A program made the translations under genes and the position numbers. Under the pieces are notes generated by a model. It did not search any database, was not told where the DNA came from, and saw nothing but the letters and a program-made list of their open reading frames with translations. DNA of 64,000 bases from Fidelibacterota bacterium (lineage in GTDB: Bacteria; Fidelibacterota; Marinisomatia; Marinisomatales; JABMOV01): assembly GCA_013203145.1 (NCBI GenBank), contig JABMOV010000139.1, positions 9,898 through 73,897 on the forward strand, written 5' to 3'. How positions within the stretch are numbered: the stretch's first letter is position 1; each line of letters opens with the position of its first letter. Below are positions 11,593-21,837 of this stretch, piece by piece.

Positions 11593-12320
11593 CAGGCCTT
11601 TCCTGTAAGCGTCTTAGTTTTGATAAAAGCATCCAAATATATTTCAACACGACGATTTATTGAGCGTGCTTCAAGTATATCCAGTGGATTTACACCAACG
11701 CCATCCATGGGAATGACTGGACGAAATTCTCCATAACCCATGGCAGAGAATTTTTCTTGAGGAATTTGTGAAAATTGACTTAAAAGTTTTACGATATTCA
11801 ACGCACGTGACGTTGACAAGTCCCAGTTGGATTCAAAACGCGCAGTTTCAGGTAGAGCTAAATCATCTGTATGACCTTCACAACGAATTTCCACATTTAA
11901 ATAGCCACCGCGTTTTTCTATAGCAGACAATAATTTAGTATATTTTGGATAATCATCAACATTGAGCACCTTTGAGATACGAATAATACTTCCAATTTGT
12001 CGTATCAGTGGATGTACCATCTGTTGTACTTCCGCTTCCATGGAACCAAAGAGCTCCCCACTAGCCATTGTTATTTTAATTCCTTTTGTTACGCGATCCA
12101 CAGAAACATAGGAAGATTCAATGTCCTTTAGTTCCTCATAGGTTTCGTCCAACAACATGTTGATTACGCGATCAATGTGCTTTTCAGCATCATTTAAAAT
12201 GACGAGCAGTAAAATAAAAAATGTTAGCAGAAGAGTAACAAGATCAGCATATGTAACAGCCCAGGCTGTGCTCTTGGCTTTTGCTTCTGATATGGAAGTG
12301 CCATGTTGTCTTCCCGCCAT
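11592..12320 (-). CDS. motB: MotB/OmpA-family stator protein
   Basis: 242 aa with the N-terminal plug/TM WAVTYADLVTLLLTFFILLL and a C-terminal OmpA-like peptidoglycan-binding motif (NRRVEI). Confidence 0.8.
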   Translation of the reverse strand: MAGRQHGTSISEAKAKSTAWAVTYADLVTLLLTFFILLLVILNDAEKHIDRVINMLLDETYEELKDIESSYVSVDRVTKGIKITMASGELFGSMEAEVQQMVHPLIRQIGSIIRISKVLNVDDYPKYTKLLSAIEKRGGYLNVEIRCEGHTDDLALPETARFESNWDLSTSRALNIVKLLSQFSQIPQEKFSAMGYGEFRPVIPMDGVGVNPLDILEARSINRRVEIYLDAFIKTKTLTGKA

Positions 12321-12322
12321 CT

Positions 12323-13141
12323 TTATTCTCGTTTCTTTCGCATATTGGTGGGAACGAATGTCATCAACTTTTCACGAATAAGGATGGGATGTTCCTTGGC
12401 GTGGATACTGATAATGCCTTCAACGATAATGGTTTTTAACATCAGCTCATCTTCTGATTTTCGTTTTAGTTTTCCACCAATAGGTAAAAAGACGAGGTTT
12501 GAAAACAACACACCATAAAAGGTTGTTATAAGGGCTAAACCCATCCCTCCAAGTAATTCGGCGAATTTTGCTGCTACGTCAAAATCAATAGAATCAACAG
12601 CGCCTCCGTTGCCGCCGGAAAATTTATTCATCATTACAATGAGTCCCATTACAGTCCCAAGCATTCCAAATGCTGGTGCATATGCGCCCATGTATAAGAA
12701 AATTTCCTGACCAATATTATGACGACGTTCAATATTGTTTAATTCAAGATTAAGAAATGTTCTGAGACGACCAGCGTCTCGCTCATTAATGGCTAACTCG
12801 ATACCACTTCTTAAAAATTTATTATCAATTTTATCCAGATCGGCTTCTAATGACATGATTCCAGATTTCCGCGCTTTTTCTGCTTTTTCTACTAAGGCAT
12901 CAATTTCTATCGTATAGCTGTGACTCTCATATATAAAAGCATTTTTCAGGATTTTGAATATACCGAGTACATTTCGTAAAGGGTAATTCACAATCGTTGC
13001 GGATATTGTTCCCCCAAACACGATCATGATAGAATTCAAATTAAAAAACCAATATAAATCGCCATGTCCTCTAACAACACCTACAGCAATTATACCTAAT
13101 CCGGCCAATAATCCTAAGGCTGTACCAAAATCCATATCCAA
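12323..13141 (-). CDS. motA: MotA/PomA-type proton-channel stator protein (MotA/TolQ/ExbB family)
   Basis: 272 aa, 4 TM, with a conserved C-terminal channel region (AFGMLGTVMGLI, LITTFYGVLFSNLVFLP). It lies 2 nt upstream of motB. Confidence 0.8.
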   Translation of the reverse strand: MDMDFGTALGLLAGLGIIAVGVVRGHGDLYWFFNLNSIMIVFGGTISATIVNYPLRNVLGIFKILKNAFIYESHSYTIEIDALVEKAEKARKSGIMSLEADLDKIDNKFLRSGIELAINERDAGRLRTFLNLELNNIERRHNIGQEIFLYMGAYAPAFGMLGTVMGLIVMMNKFSGGNGGAVDSIDFDVAAKFAELLGGMGLALITTFYGVLFSNLVFLPIGGKLKRKSEDELMLKTIIVEGIISIHAKEHPILIREKLMTFVPTNMRKKRE

Positions 13142-13178
13142 TCCCTCACATATTATATAACTGCGTAAATTAGCGTGT

Positions 13179-14486
13179 TTGAAAACCGAACATCAAGCAC
13201 TCTTAATCATTGTAACAATGTCACAATTTATAACCATTAATGATAGATTCTCCTATCTATATGCTTTGGAACGAAAAGGCATAAAGGTAGGATTAAGCCA
13301 CACCAAAGAATTATTGGCGCGGTGTGGTAACCCACATGTTTCATTTCCATCTATTCATATTGCCGGAACGAATGGTAAAGGGTCCACATCAGCAATGATT
13401 GACTCGATACTACGCACGGCTGGTTATAAAGTGGGATTGTATACCTCACCCCATTTAATCAGGTTTAATGAACGAGTACGCGTAAATGGGATTCCAATTT
13501 CAGATGAGGATATCATTCAATTTATTGATCAATATCATCAGGATTTTGAAAATATCGACTCTACCTTTTTTGAAACAACCACGTCGTTGGCTTTCTGGTG
13601 TTTTTCTAAGCAAAAGGTTGATATTGCCATAATTGAAACAGGGCTGGGTGGACGCCTTGATTCTACAAATGTAATAACACCGAAGATTTCAGTAATAACG
13701 CCAGTGGACAAAGATCATAAAGAAATTTTAGGCTCCGATATTCGTGAAATCGCACGAGAAAAAGCCGGAATAATCAAAAAGGGCGTTCCGTTGGTTCTGG
13801 CAATGCAATCACCAAAGGTGAAAGAAACGATTCTTGAAATTGCCAGAAAAATGAAATCCCAAGTTTATAATCTTGAAGAACCAAGCGATATCACGGTTTC
13901 TAAAACAGAAACATCCTTTCAATGGGACAGTAAAAACTTTAAGACAAGTCTTATTGGATCGTATCAGGCACAAAATGCGGCATTGGCCATGAAAACTGTG
14001 TCTCTATTCGATAATCGTATTACCCGGACTCAAATGCGTGAAGCTTTAAACCGTGTAGTATGGCCAGGCAGAATGCAGGTAATGTCTTCTTCGCCGTGGA
14101 TTCTTTATGATGTTGCCCATAATGCCCATGGATTAATTAACGTGCTTGATTCTATAAGACAAATGTCCAATCAGAAACCCCTTGGCGTGATATCTATCAA
14201 GGAGGATAAGGACATTGCAGATATTGCTGATGTTATACGGAACAAATTCGAGCATTTAATAGTTACCAGTGATTCCAATGTGGGAGTGATGTCAGCTGAA
14301 TTATTAGAGGACGGCCTACGCTTACATGACATCCATGCTAATAAAATTAAATCGATGGAAAAGGCAGTTGCTTGGTTAAAAACGCATTTAAAAGAGAATC
14401 AACTGGGATTGATTTTTGGTAGTCATTATATTGGAAAAGCAACATTTAATGCGTTTGAATTTTCCTTTGACAGAGGGGCTATTTAG
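13179..14486 (+). CDS. folC: Folylpolyglutamate synthase / dihydrofolate synthase
   Basis: 435 aa with the Mur-ligase P-loop HIAGTNGKGST. The track start (13179) is a non-ATG codon, so the true start may be the Met at residue 14 (about 13218). Confidence 0.9.
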   Translation: MKTEHQALLIIVTMSQFITINDRFSYLYALERKGIKVGLSHTKELLARCGNPHVSFPSIHIAGTNGKGSTSAMIDSILRTAGYKVGLYTSPHLIRFNERVRVNGIPISDEDIIQFIDQYHQDFENIDSTFFETTTSLAFWCFSKQKVDIAIIETGLGGRLDSTNVITPKISVITPVDKDHKEILGSDIREIAREKAGIIKKGVPLVLAMQSPKVKETILEIARKMKSQVYNLEEPSDITVSKTETSFQWDSKNFKTSLIGSYQAQNAALAMKTVSLFDNRITRTQMREALNRVVWPGRMQVMSSSPWILYDVAHNAHGLINVLDSIRQMSNQKPLGVISIKEDKDIADIADVIRNKFEHLIVTSDSNVGVMSAELLEDGLRLHDIHANKIKSMEKAVAWLKTHLKENQLGLIFGSHYIGKATFNAFEFSFDRGAI

Positions 14487-14584
14487 CGTAATTTAGCTCT
14501 TAAGATATTTATTCTCTTCGAAGGTTTTTTCGTTTAGTACGCTATCCCCCAAAACGCATAAATTGAAACCACAAGGTTTGTAAT

Positions 14585-15832
14585 ATGGATATTAATGAAT
14601 TACAAGCCCAGAAAATCAAGGATTTAACCAAGGTTGCACAAGAATTGGAAATCCAAGGATATTCAGGGCTTAATAAACAAGAACTAATAGTAAAAATTCT
14701 CCAGGCACATGCTGAGAAACAGGGTTCCATGTATGCCAGAGGAACGCTAGAAGTTCTAAAAGATGGATACGGTTTTTTACGTAGCGCCGATTGTAATTAT
14801 TTACCAGGCCCAGATGATATTTATGTTAGTCCTTCCCAGATAAAACGTTTTGGTCTACGAACGGGTCATCATATTGCGGGTCAAATTCGCCCACCAAAGT
14901 CGAAAGAACGATTTTATGCTTTATTAAAAGTTGATTTGGTAAATGAACGTCCCCCAGCGGATGTCCGCCAGGCAATATTATTTGAAAATTTGACACCCAT
15001 GTTTCCTGAAGTAAAATTTACCCTGGACGGTGATCCCCAAAATTTGTCCATGCGTATTATGGATATATTTTGCCCTGTTGGTAAAGGCCAAAGAGCACTT
15101 ATTGTTGCCCAACCAAAAACAGGAAAAACTGTTTTGCTTCAGATGTTGGCAAATACTATTCGCAAAAATAATCCCGATACAAAAATGATGATTCTTCTTA
15201 TCGATGAACGTCCCGAAGAAGTGACGGATATGAAGCGCAATGTGGATGCAGAAGTGGTTAGCTCTACTTTTGATGAGCCGCCAGAACGACATGTTACAGT
15301 TGCGGATATGGTAATGCAAAAAGCAAAACGGATGGTGGAGTTTGGGGAGCACGTTGTTATTCTTTTAGACAGCATAACCCGATTAGCCAGAGCACATAAC
15401 GCAGTAATTCCCCATAGTGGAAAAATCCTCTCAGGTGGTGTGGATACCAATGCCTTAAAAAAACCGAAACAGTTTTTTGGTGCGGCAAGAAGTATTGAAG
15501 AAGGCGGAAGTTTAACGATTATTGCAACTGCACTAATCGATACCGGTAGCCGTATGGATGATGTCATTTTTGAGGAATTTAAGGGAACTGGCAACCTGGA
15601 ATTAGTGCTGGATCGTCGTCTGAGCGACAGACGGATATACCCATCATTTGATATAATTCGTTCAGGTACGCGACGCGAAGAATTGTTATTATCGAAGAAG
15701 TGGCTGGGCAGGATGTGGATATTACGTAAATTGTTGAATGACATGAATGTTGTAGAAGCAATGGAGTTTATTCAGGATCGTTTAAAGCGTACAAAAAATA
15801 ACGATGAATTTTTAGATAATATGAGCGGATAA
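14585..15832 (+). CDS. rho: Transcription termination factor Rho
   Basis: 415 aa with the N-terminal Rho_N, the CSD-like GYGFLR, Walker A QPKTGKT and full-length resemblance. Confidence 0.97.
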   Translation: MDINELQAQKIKDLTKVAQELEIQGYSGLNKQELIVKILQAHAEKQGSMYARGTLEVLKDGYGFLRSADCNYLPGPDDIYVSPSQIKRFGLRTGHHIAGQIRPPKSKERFYALLKVDLVNERPPADVRQAILFENLTPMFPEVKFTLDGDPQNLSMRIMDIFCPVGKGQRALIVAQPKTGKTVLLQMLANTIRKNNPDTKMMILLIDERPEEVTDMKRNVDAEVVSSTFDEPPERHVTVADMVMQKAKRMVEFGEHVVILLDSITRLARAHNAVIPHSGKILSGGVDTNALKKPKQFFGAARSIEEGGSLTIIATALIDTGSRMDDVIFEEFKGTGNLELVLDRRLSDRRIYPSFDIIRSGTRREELLLSKKWLGRMWILRKLLNDMNVVEAMEFIQDRLKRTKNNDEFLDNMSG

Positions 15833-15877
15833 CACAATTTATTAGCAAGATAAATAATGTATTAGTGAGGTGTAGAA

Positions 15878-16846
15878 ATGGAAGAAGAGAAAAAAATAGT
15901 CCCTTCCGTTACCGTTAAGTTGGTCACGGATAAGCCCGTCAAAAAGACACCGTATCAAGTAAAGGGAGTTTTTATGAGGCAATTCCCCGATGAAGAAATC
16001 GTTCCAATGTTGGACGGTCGCTATCGGGAGAAATTTCTTTATCCACGAGTTCAAGTAAAGATTTTAAATGAACAAATCTATATTTTAGGATTGAATGAAG
16101 GGGTAGAGTCAGTACTGTCATTAGTTGAGAAATTTGATTTCCTTGATTTTGGAAATATCACATTTCAAGTTTTGGGCGCAGATGTGGAGAAAGACGACAA
16201 TCGATTTCGTCCTACAAACCGTCTGATCCGGTACCGTTTTATTACACCGTGGGTAGCCCTGAATCAAATCACAGGTAGCCGGTATCGCTTTTTAAATAAT
16301 GCGGAACGCGCGGTGTTTTTAAATCGACTACTCGGACAAAACATTGTGTTTTTAGCTCGCGAAATGGGTATGGACATTGAGAAAAAGATTTACACAAAAA
16401 CATCATTGACATCACTATTTCCTAAACCGGTTGATGAGCACAATTGGGGTGCCTTTACGGGTGAATTCCGAACCAATTTCATTCTACCAAATTATATTGG
16501 CGTGGGTAATGGTATTACACGCGGGTATGGAACAATTTATGGATTATTCAATCCTGAAATGTTCAAGTTTGATGAAGGAAATGTGGACCAACAGGAATTA
16601 GAAGATTCGGGTGTTGAAGAGATTTCCAAGGATGATACTGAACTGGAAGCAGTAGATGTGGCAGATGTTCCAAAACCAAGAAAACGTCGCCCTGCAGCAG
16701 AAGGCCCAAAAAGCCCAAAAAGCCCAAAAAGCCGTGCTCCCAGGAAAGTATTAAGCGAAGAATTTGATATTGAAGAACAGGATGATGCAGGCGAAGATGA
16801 TCGTTTTAATCGTCCTGAATTCCACAAGAAACAACACGATCTATAA
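15878..16846 (+). CDS. Orphan Cas6-like RAMP-fold protein with a charged, low-complexity C-terminal tail
   Basis: 322 aa. Residues ~1-235 are Cas6-sized and end in an exact GhGxxxxxGhG glycine-rich loop (IGVGNGITRGYGTIYG). The last ~90 aa are acidic/basic low complexity (PKPRKRRPAAEGPKSPKSPKSRAPRK...). No CRISPR array is in the window. Confidence 0.45.
   Translation: MEEEKKIVPSVTVKLVTDKPVKKTPYQVKGVFMRQFPDEEIVPMLDGRYREKFLYPRVQVKILNEQIYILGLNEGVESVLSLVEKFDFLDFGNITFQVLGADVEKDDNRFRPTNRLIRYRFITPWVALNQITGSRYRFLNNAERAVFLNRLLGQNIVFLAREMGMDIEKKIYTKTSLTSLFPKPVDEHNWGAFTGEFRTNFILPNYIGVGNGITRGYGTIYGLFNPEMFKFDEGNVDQQELEDSGVEEISKDDTELEAVDVADVPKPRKRRPAAEGPKSPKSPKSRAPRKVLSEEFDIEEQDDAGEDDRFNRPEFHKKQHDL
16704..16733 (+). 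repeat. Tandem 9-nt repeat GCCCAAAAA x3.3 (encodes PKSPKSPKS)
   Basis: Read directly: gcccaaaaa gcccaaaaa gcccaaaaa gcc, inside the tail of the Cas6-like ORF. Confidence 0.9.
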
Positions 16847-16851
16847 AAATC

Positions 16852-18048
16852 ATGGGTACAGTAACATTAGCAAATCGCGTTGATAGAATAAAGCCTTCCT
16901 TTACATTAGAGATGGCAGGGAAAGCAGCCGCTCTACGTGAAGCAGGTGTGGATGTAATCAACTTCAGCGTTGGTGAACCAGACTTCAATACGCCTGAAAA
17001 TATTCGGAAAGCCGGGTATGATGCGATTGAAGGTGGTTTCACAAAATACACAGCTGGTGCGGGAATGATGGAATTGCGGAAAGCCATCTGTGCCAAGTTA
17101 AAAAGTGAAAATGATCTTGATTATGCTCCCACCCAAATATTGGTATCCAACGGGGAGAAGCAAAGTCTTTCGCTTGCTTGTCAGGCGCTATTTCAAGAAG
17201 GCGATGAAGTCCTTATTTTTACACCTTATTGGGTATCGTTCCCAGAGTTTGTGACTTTGGCTGATGCTACTCCAATTTTGGTAGATACGGTTGCGGAAAA
17301 TCAATTTGAACCGGATTGGGAAGATCTGGAAAATAAAATTAGTGAAAACACCAAAGGTGTTATTATTAATTCACCATCTAATCCCACCGGCGGTGTCTGG
17401 TCGGATGAAGCAGTAAAACGATTATTAACGCTTGCGGCCAAGTATAATTGGACGGTTATTGCAGATGAATGTTACGAGCGACTCGTCTATGATCTGAAAT
17501 TTACTAGCGCCGAGAAACTTAATGATGTTGGTGCTCGAATTATTACCTGCATGAGTGTATCAAAAACGTATGCCATGACAGGTTGGAGAATCGGCTATGC
17601 AGCCGGAGATGAAACAATCATTAAGGCCATGACCAAGATACAGGGACAAGCCACATCGTGTGCAAACGCAATTGGACAAAAAGCCGCAATTGAGGCTCTC
17701 ACGGGTGATCAATCTGCTGTAGAAGAAATGCGTAAGACTTTTCAAGAGCGCCGGGATCTAATTATAGGTTTGTTAAATGAAATCCCGAATGTTAACTGTG
17801 CAATGCCCGGAGGTGCTTTTTACGCCTTCCCCGATTTTTCAAGCTATCTCGGAAAGAAAAATGGCTCCACTGTAATGCATGACACCTTTGACTTGTCCGA
17901 TTATTTACTCGAAACGGCTAAGGTTGTGACAGTTCCAGGAGATGGTTTTGGAGCAAAAGGCCATATCCGTTTTTCGTTTGCTACAAACAAAGACCTGATT
18001 CGCGAAGGTATTAATCGCGTAAAAAAAGCTTTAAATCATTTAGTATAG
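16852..18048 (+). CDS. Aspartate aminotransferase (class I PLP aminotransferase)
   Basis: 398 aa with the PLP-lysine context SVSKTYAMTGWRIGY and NPTG. Confidence 0.9.
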   Translation: MGTVTLANRVDRIKPSFTLEMAGKAAALREAGVDVINFSVGEPDFNTPENIRKAGYDAIEGGFTKYTAGAGMMELRKAICAKLKSENDLDYAPTQILVSNGEKQSLSLACQALFQEGDEVLIFTPYWVSFPEFVTLADATPILVDTVAENQFEPDWEDLENKISENTKGVIINSPSNPTGGVWSDEAVKRLLTLAAKYNWTVIADECYERLVYDLKFTSAEKLNDVGARIITCMSVSKTYAMTGWRIGYAAGDETIIKAMTKIQGQATSCANAIGQKAAIEALTGDQSAVEEMRKTFQERRDLIIGLLNEIPNVNCAMPGGAFYAFPDFSSYLGKKNGSTVMHDTFDLSDYLLETAKVVTVPGDGFGAKGHIRFSFATNKDLIREGINRVKKALNHLV

Positions 18049-18063
18049 AAAAAGGAGTGACGG

Positions 18064-18264
18064 ATGAAACCGAATATCCATCCTGAATATAAAACAGGAA
18101 ATGTACATTGCGTATGTGGAAACACATTTGAAGTGTATAGCACATTGGGTGACCAACGGGTTGATATTTGCAACCAATGCCATCCATTCTTTACCGGCAA
18201 GCAGAAATTAATTGATACAGCAGGACGTATCGAGAAATTCAGACAGAAATACGGTAAGAAATAA
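18064..18264 (+). CDS. rpmE: 50S ribosomal protein L31
   Basis: 66 aa starting [10 protein letters not shown], with the CxCG..CxxCHPF zinc ribbon. Confidence 0.95.
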   Translation: MKPNIHPEYKTGNVHCVCGNTFEVYSTLGDQRVDICNQCHPFFTGKQKLIDTAGRIEKFRQKYGKK

Positions 18265-18279
18265 CCACATTCATATTAA

Positions 18280-18321
18280 ATGGCTTCCTTGACCTGTAAT
18301 TCATAGGAAGCCATTTTTTTG
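18280..18321 (+). terminator. Rho-independent terminator after rpmE
   Basis: The stem ATGGCTTCC (18280-18288) pairs with GGAAGCCAT (18306-18314) and is followed by T7 (18315-18321). Confidence 0.7.
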
Positions 18322-19293
18322 TTCATGAAAAAATTCATACAATTGCTCATTACCAAACCGTCGATCCTTGTAGGAGGTCAAGCGGTTATTGAAGGTGTTA
18401 TGATGCGTGTTCCCGGTGCTTACGCAACGGCGGTACGCACGCCCGAAGGTGATATCAAAGTAGATCGCCATGAGTTCAAATCAAAAGCAGAATCCTCAGC
18501 CATTTGGAAACGTCCGGTTTTGCGTGGAATGATAGGATTGTTTGAAGCCATGAAAATTGGATTTCAGACGTTGCAGTGGTCGGCAGAAATTGCCATGCCG
18601 GAAGAATCCAATGGAAAAGAAGGCGGTTCCAAGCTGGGTAATTTCTTATCGACGCTTTTTGCTGTCGTGCTTGCCATAACATTGTTTATGATTATTCCTT
18701 ACGCATTGACAACCTATGTTTTCCATCTCGAAAAGGAAGCGCTTTACTTTAATCTGGTGGCAGGCGGTTTACGAATTACATTTTTCATTTTGTATCTGGT
18801 AATTATTTCACTTTTAAGTGATGTGAAACGATTATTTATGAATCACGGCGCAGAACATAAGGTCGTGTACAATTTTGAATCCGGTAGAGAATTGTCAATC
18901 GATAATGCCCAATCTTTTCCCACACAACATCCACGGTGTGGCACCAGCTTTATGTTTATTGTCTTAATTATTGCTATTTTAGTTTTTGCTCTGGTGGATA
19001 CATTAGCCATCGCACTAATTGGTGAAATATCCATTCCCATTCGGCTGCTAATTCATTTACCATTGATACCGTTCGTAGCAGGTGTTTCCTATGAAGGAAT
19101 TAAAATCACCTCCCGCCACGGTGACAAATTAGTTTTCCGACTCATTAGAGCTCCCGGTTTGTGGCTTCAAAACATTACCACGAAGCAACCTGAAGACGAT
19201 ATGGTTGAAGTTGCTATTACTGCGCTCAAAGAAGCTTTTGGTGATAAGCTAAAAGAATTTGAAGGCAAAACCTTTCAGGCTGACGCTGTGTAA
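18319..19293 (+). CDS. DUF1385 (YqhQ-like) membrane protein
   Basis: Carries the signature [12 protein letters not shown] and HGAEHK, in the usual position between rpmE and prfA. The true start is probably the ATG at 18325 (MKKFIQLL). Confidence 0.85.
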   Translation: MFMKKFIQLLITKPSILVGGQAVIEGVMMRVPGAYATAVRTPEGDIKVDRHEFKSKAESSAIWKRPVLRGMIGLFEAMKIGFQTLQWSAEIAMPEESNGKEGGSKLGNFLSTLFAVVLAITLFMIIPYALTTYVFHLEKEALYFNLVAGGLRITFFILYLVIISLLSDVKRLFMNHGAEHKVVYNFESGRELSIDNAQSFPTQHPRCGTSFMFIVLIIAILVFALVDTLAIALIGEISIPIRLLIHLPLIPFVAGVSYEGIKITSRHGDKLVFRLIRAPGLWLQNITTKQPEDDMVEVAITALKEAFGDKLKEFEGKTFQADAV

Positions 19294-20363
19294 TGGAAGA
19301 AAAACTCCAACAGATAATCGATCGCTACACGAAGCTGGGTGTAAAAATGTCAGACCCTGACGTTATTTCTGATCATAATCGGTTACGAGAAACGGGTCAG
19401 GAATACAGTCGTCTGGAGCCCATTGTACACTGTGCACAAAAATATCTGGATATCCACCAACAAATCCTTGATGACAAAGAAATTCTTAATAGTGATGATG
19501 CTGAATTAAAAGAATTAGTCCAAGAAGAGCTCCCGGAATTAGAAGAAAAAAAAGAAGCTCTTGTGGAAAGGCTAAAAGTTTTAATGCTGCCAAAAGATCC
19601 AACCGACGACAAGAATATAATCGTCGAAATTCGAGCTGGGACAGGTGGCGATGAAGCAGGATTATTTGCTGCAGATTTATTTCGTATGTATACCCGTTTT
19701 GCAGAACGCTCAAACTGGAAATTCGAAGTTATGGATTCCAATTCCACCGGAATGGGCGGAATGAAAGAAATTGTTTTTTCCATCCATGGTACTGGCGTTT
19801 ATGGATTAATGAAATTTGAAAGTGGCGTTCATCGTGTGCAGCGTGTACCAAAAACAGAAACCAGCGGTCGTGTACATACTTCAGCCGCTACTGTTGCTGT
19901 TTTACCTGAAGCTGAAGAAGCTGATGTACAGGTTAATACAGGTGATCTAAAAATTGATACGTATCGCGCCAGTGGTTCCGGCGGTCAGCACGTTAATAAA
20001 ACCGAATCAGCTATTCGCATCACACATTTACCAACGGGTTTAGTTGTGACATGCCAGGATGAATCATCTCAGCATAAAAATCGCGCCGCAGCAATGAAAG
20101 TTTTACGATCACGATTATTAGCACAGGAGCAGGAACGTTTAGCCTCTGAGCGATCTGAAGTGAGAAAACTGCAGGTGGGTACAGGTGATCGATCCGCCAA
20201 AATTAGAACATACAATTTTTCTCAGGGTCGTATCACAGACCACAGAATTGGTCTGACGATGTACAATTTAGAAGCAGCACTTGATGGTGATTTAGCAGAA
20301 ATCATTGAGAGAATTCGATTGGCTGACCAGCAAGAACGACTTGCGGCTGTTGGCGAACAGTAA
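19293..20363 (+). CDS. prfA: Peptide chain release factor 1
   Basis: 356 aa with the GGQ motif ([14 protein letters not shown]) and an RF1-type PxT-region sequence. Confidence 0.97.
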   Translation: MEEKLQQIIDRYTKLGVKMSDPDVISDHNRLRETGQEYSRLEPIVHCAQKYLDIHQQILDDKEILNSDDAELKELVQEELPELEEKKEALVERLKVLMLPKDPTDDKNIIVEIRAGTGGDEAGLFAADLFRMYTRFAERSNWKFEVMDSNSTGMGGMKEIVFSIHGTGVYGLMKFESGVHRVQRVPKTETSGRVHTSAATVAVLPEAEEADVQVNTGDLKIDTYRASGSGGQHVNKTESAIRITHLPTGLVVTCQDESSQHKNRAAAMKVLRSRLLAQEQERLASERSEVRKLQVGTGDRSAKIRTYNFSQGRITDHRIGLTMYNLEAALDGDLAEIIERIRLADQQERLAAVGEQ

Positions 20364-20393
20364 GGCTAGGGGCAAGATATAAGTTTTAAGGTT
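20364..20393. repeat. Island left-boundary motif (inverted copy of 31008-31028 and 32816-32857)
   Basis: Begins at the base after the prfA stop. The reverse complement reads AACCTTAAAACTTATATCTTGCCCCTAGCC. Confidence 0.65.
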
Positions 20394-20507
20394 CACATTT
20401 CAATTATACGGATACTTCTTCTAAAAATTATCTTTCTTATACCAAAAATTATACAAAACACATCTGTTCTTATATCTGAGTAGTGTTTTATTTTTTCAAT
20501 TTACTAT

Positions 20508-20837
20508 CTAATGTCCACTGAGCGGTGTCCCAAAAATGCCGACTGCTAGTTCTGCCCAAATGAGCAGGAGGACAACCAGAAGAGCTACACAGACAGCAAT
20601 TTGGTACTTGATATTTTTTATCTTCCTTATTACAAGCTCACACATTAGACCAGTGCCGAGCAATAGAGCTCCCGCGACAACAAAATCGAACAAATTCCAA
20701 TTTACTTCATCTGTGAACTGCCCCGCTATTAATGGTATGAGCAATAAAATTGCTGAAGTGACCACGATTATGATAAGTCTTTTATTCTGCATAATTATAA
20801 ATGTTCTTATAAGTCTTACATTTCTGGTAACGGCCAT
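20508..20837 (-). CDS. Small membrane protein, unknown function
   Basis: 109-aa ORF with 3 hydrophobic helices. The start may be the internal Met (MQNKRL). Confidence 0.4.
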   Translation of the reverse strand: MAVTRNVRLIRTFIIMQNKRLIIIVVTSAILLLIPLIAGQFTDEVNWNLFDFVVAGALLLGTGLMCELVIRKIKNIKYQIAVCVALLVVLLLIWAELAVGIFGTPLSGH

Positions 20838-20893
20838 GGCTAAGGCGCGTTTTTAATGCGTCTTTAGCTTCTGTTATATGCTGGCTTTATTTT

Positions 20894-21295
20894 TTAATCT
20901 TCATTTGGTGCTACTAATTCAACTTTTATTCGGTCAGGATCTTCAAAAAAGAGCGCATAGTAATCCTTGCCTCCAGCGAACGGGTACTTATCATCATATA
21001 AAAGTTTGATGTTTTTTTCCTTTAATTTTTGCGTTATATCGTCCACCATTGTACGAGATTCGGCATGAAAGGCTATATGGTTTAGTCCTGTCCTCTTTCT
21101 ATGATATCCCATGTCACGGTATTTTTCTTCTGTCTGAACAAAGACTAAATACGTATCGAACAGTTTATAACTTATCCCTTCCTTCCATTTCTGGTATATG
21201 TCATATCCCAATTCGCTTAAAAACCAGCTCCAAAACTCAGTAGTTCTTCCCAAATCACTAACATATATCTCAATATGGTGTACTGTTCCTTTCAT
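20894..21295 (-). CDS. VOC-family (glyoxalase/bleomycin-resistance/dioxygenase fold) protein
   Basis: 133 aa with N-terminal HHIEIYVSDL and a later NHIAFH metal-ligand pattern. Confidence 0.8.
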   Translation of the reverse strand: MKGTVHHIEIYVSDLGRTTEFWSWFLSELGYDIYQKWKEGISYKLFDTYLVFVQTEEKYRDMGYHRKRTGLNHIAFHAESRTMVDDITQKLKEKNIKLLYDDKYPFAGGKDYYALFFEDPDRIKVELVAPNED

Positions 21296-21307
21296 TTTTT
21301 TGCTTGC

Positions 21308-21491
21308 ACCTAACTTCTCGCTAAACGTAATTATTGGGTTTAGCGGGTTTACTATTTAATACACAGTTACGTTTAAACAGGAATAACACCAATAACCTCC
21401 ATTTATTATAAATCTCAAAAACCGTCCTTTATAAGACTTCACTAATTTAAATCAAATTCCCGTCTCATAACCACATTTAACCGTATCAAAA
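21308..21491. repeat. Junction repeat copy A (attC-like element)
   Basis: Aligns with 30730-30915 over ~185 nt at roughly 85-90% identity by eye. It contains the hairpin CGCTAAAC-11 nt-GTTTAGCG. On the minus strand it ends in GTTAGGT (21314-21308), 12 nt upstream of the VOC start. Confidence 0.6.
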
Positions 21492-21837
21492 CTCATCTCA
21501 AAAGGCCAAAAGTGTGCTTTAATAGGCAATGCTTGTGTCTGGTTTAGTCGTATATAAAGGGGCGGGACATATCAATAAATCCTAACTTAACATCTAGTCC
21601 ATTGATTAGGGGCAGGGCACAAATTTCTAAATGAAACTGTGATTTCAATTTTTCTTACGGTGATTTATTGAATAGGAGTGCTCATGATAGAGGTTTCTTT
21701 TATATCTTCGGGCGTCATTGTGGAACCTAGATTATGAAAATGCTCAGAATTGACAATGAAGCAAATTAAAATGAATGTATTTGTTGTGGCTAAAACAATT
21801 TTAAGAATAAAACGAAAATAAGGGATAACCTGCTATT

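Noticed and set aside
14978-15761. Minus-strand ORFs of 124, 201 and 60 aa
   Set aside because: They are antisense to the highly conserved rho gene and have low-complexity Ser/Arg/Ile-rich sequence. They are shadow ORFs.
15878-16846. Searched the surroundings of the Cas6-like gene, and the whole window, for a CRISPR array
   Set aside because: No series of 25-40-bp direct repeats with unique spacers was seen. The only tandem repeat is the 9-nt coding repeat at 16704-16733. The island junction repeats are 100-265 bp apart from whole genes, which is not CRISPR-like.
16537-17096. Two 96-aa minus-strand ORFs
   Set aside because: They are antisense to the Cas6-like tail and the aminotransferase 5' end. 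Their Ser-rich repeats mirror the PKSPKS repeat, and there is no independent support.
21545-21625. Two G-rich boxes (GGGGCGGGAC and GGGGCAGGGCAC) and a GTTAAGTTAGG-like core in the 540-bp gap upstream of MscS
   Set aside because: The similarity is too short and unsupported by a second copy elsewhere. They could be promoter elements or decayed junction sequence. The evidence is insufficient for a feature call.
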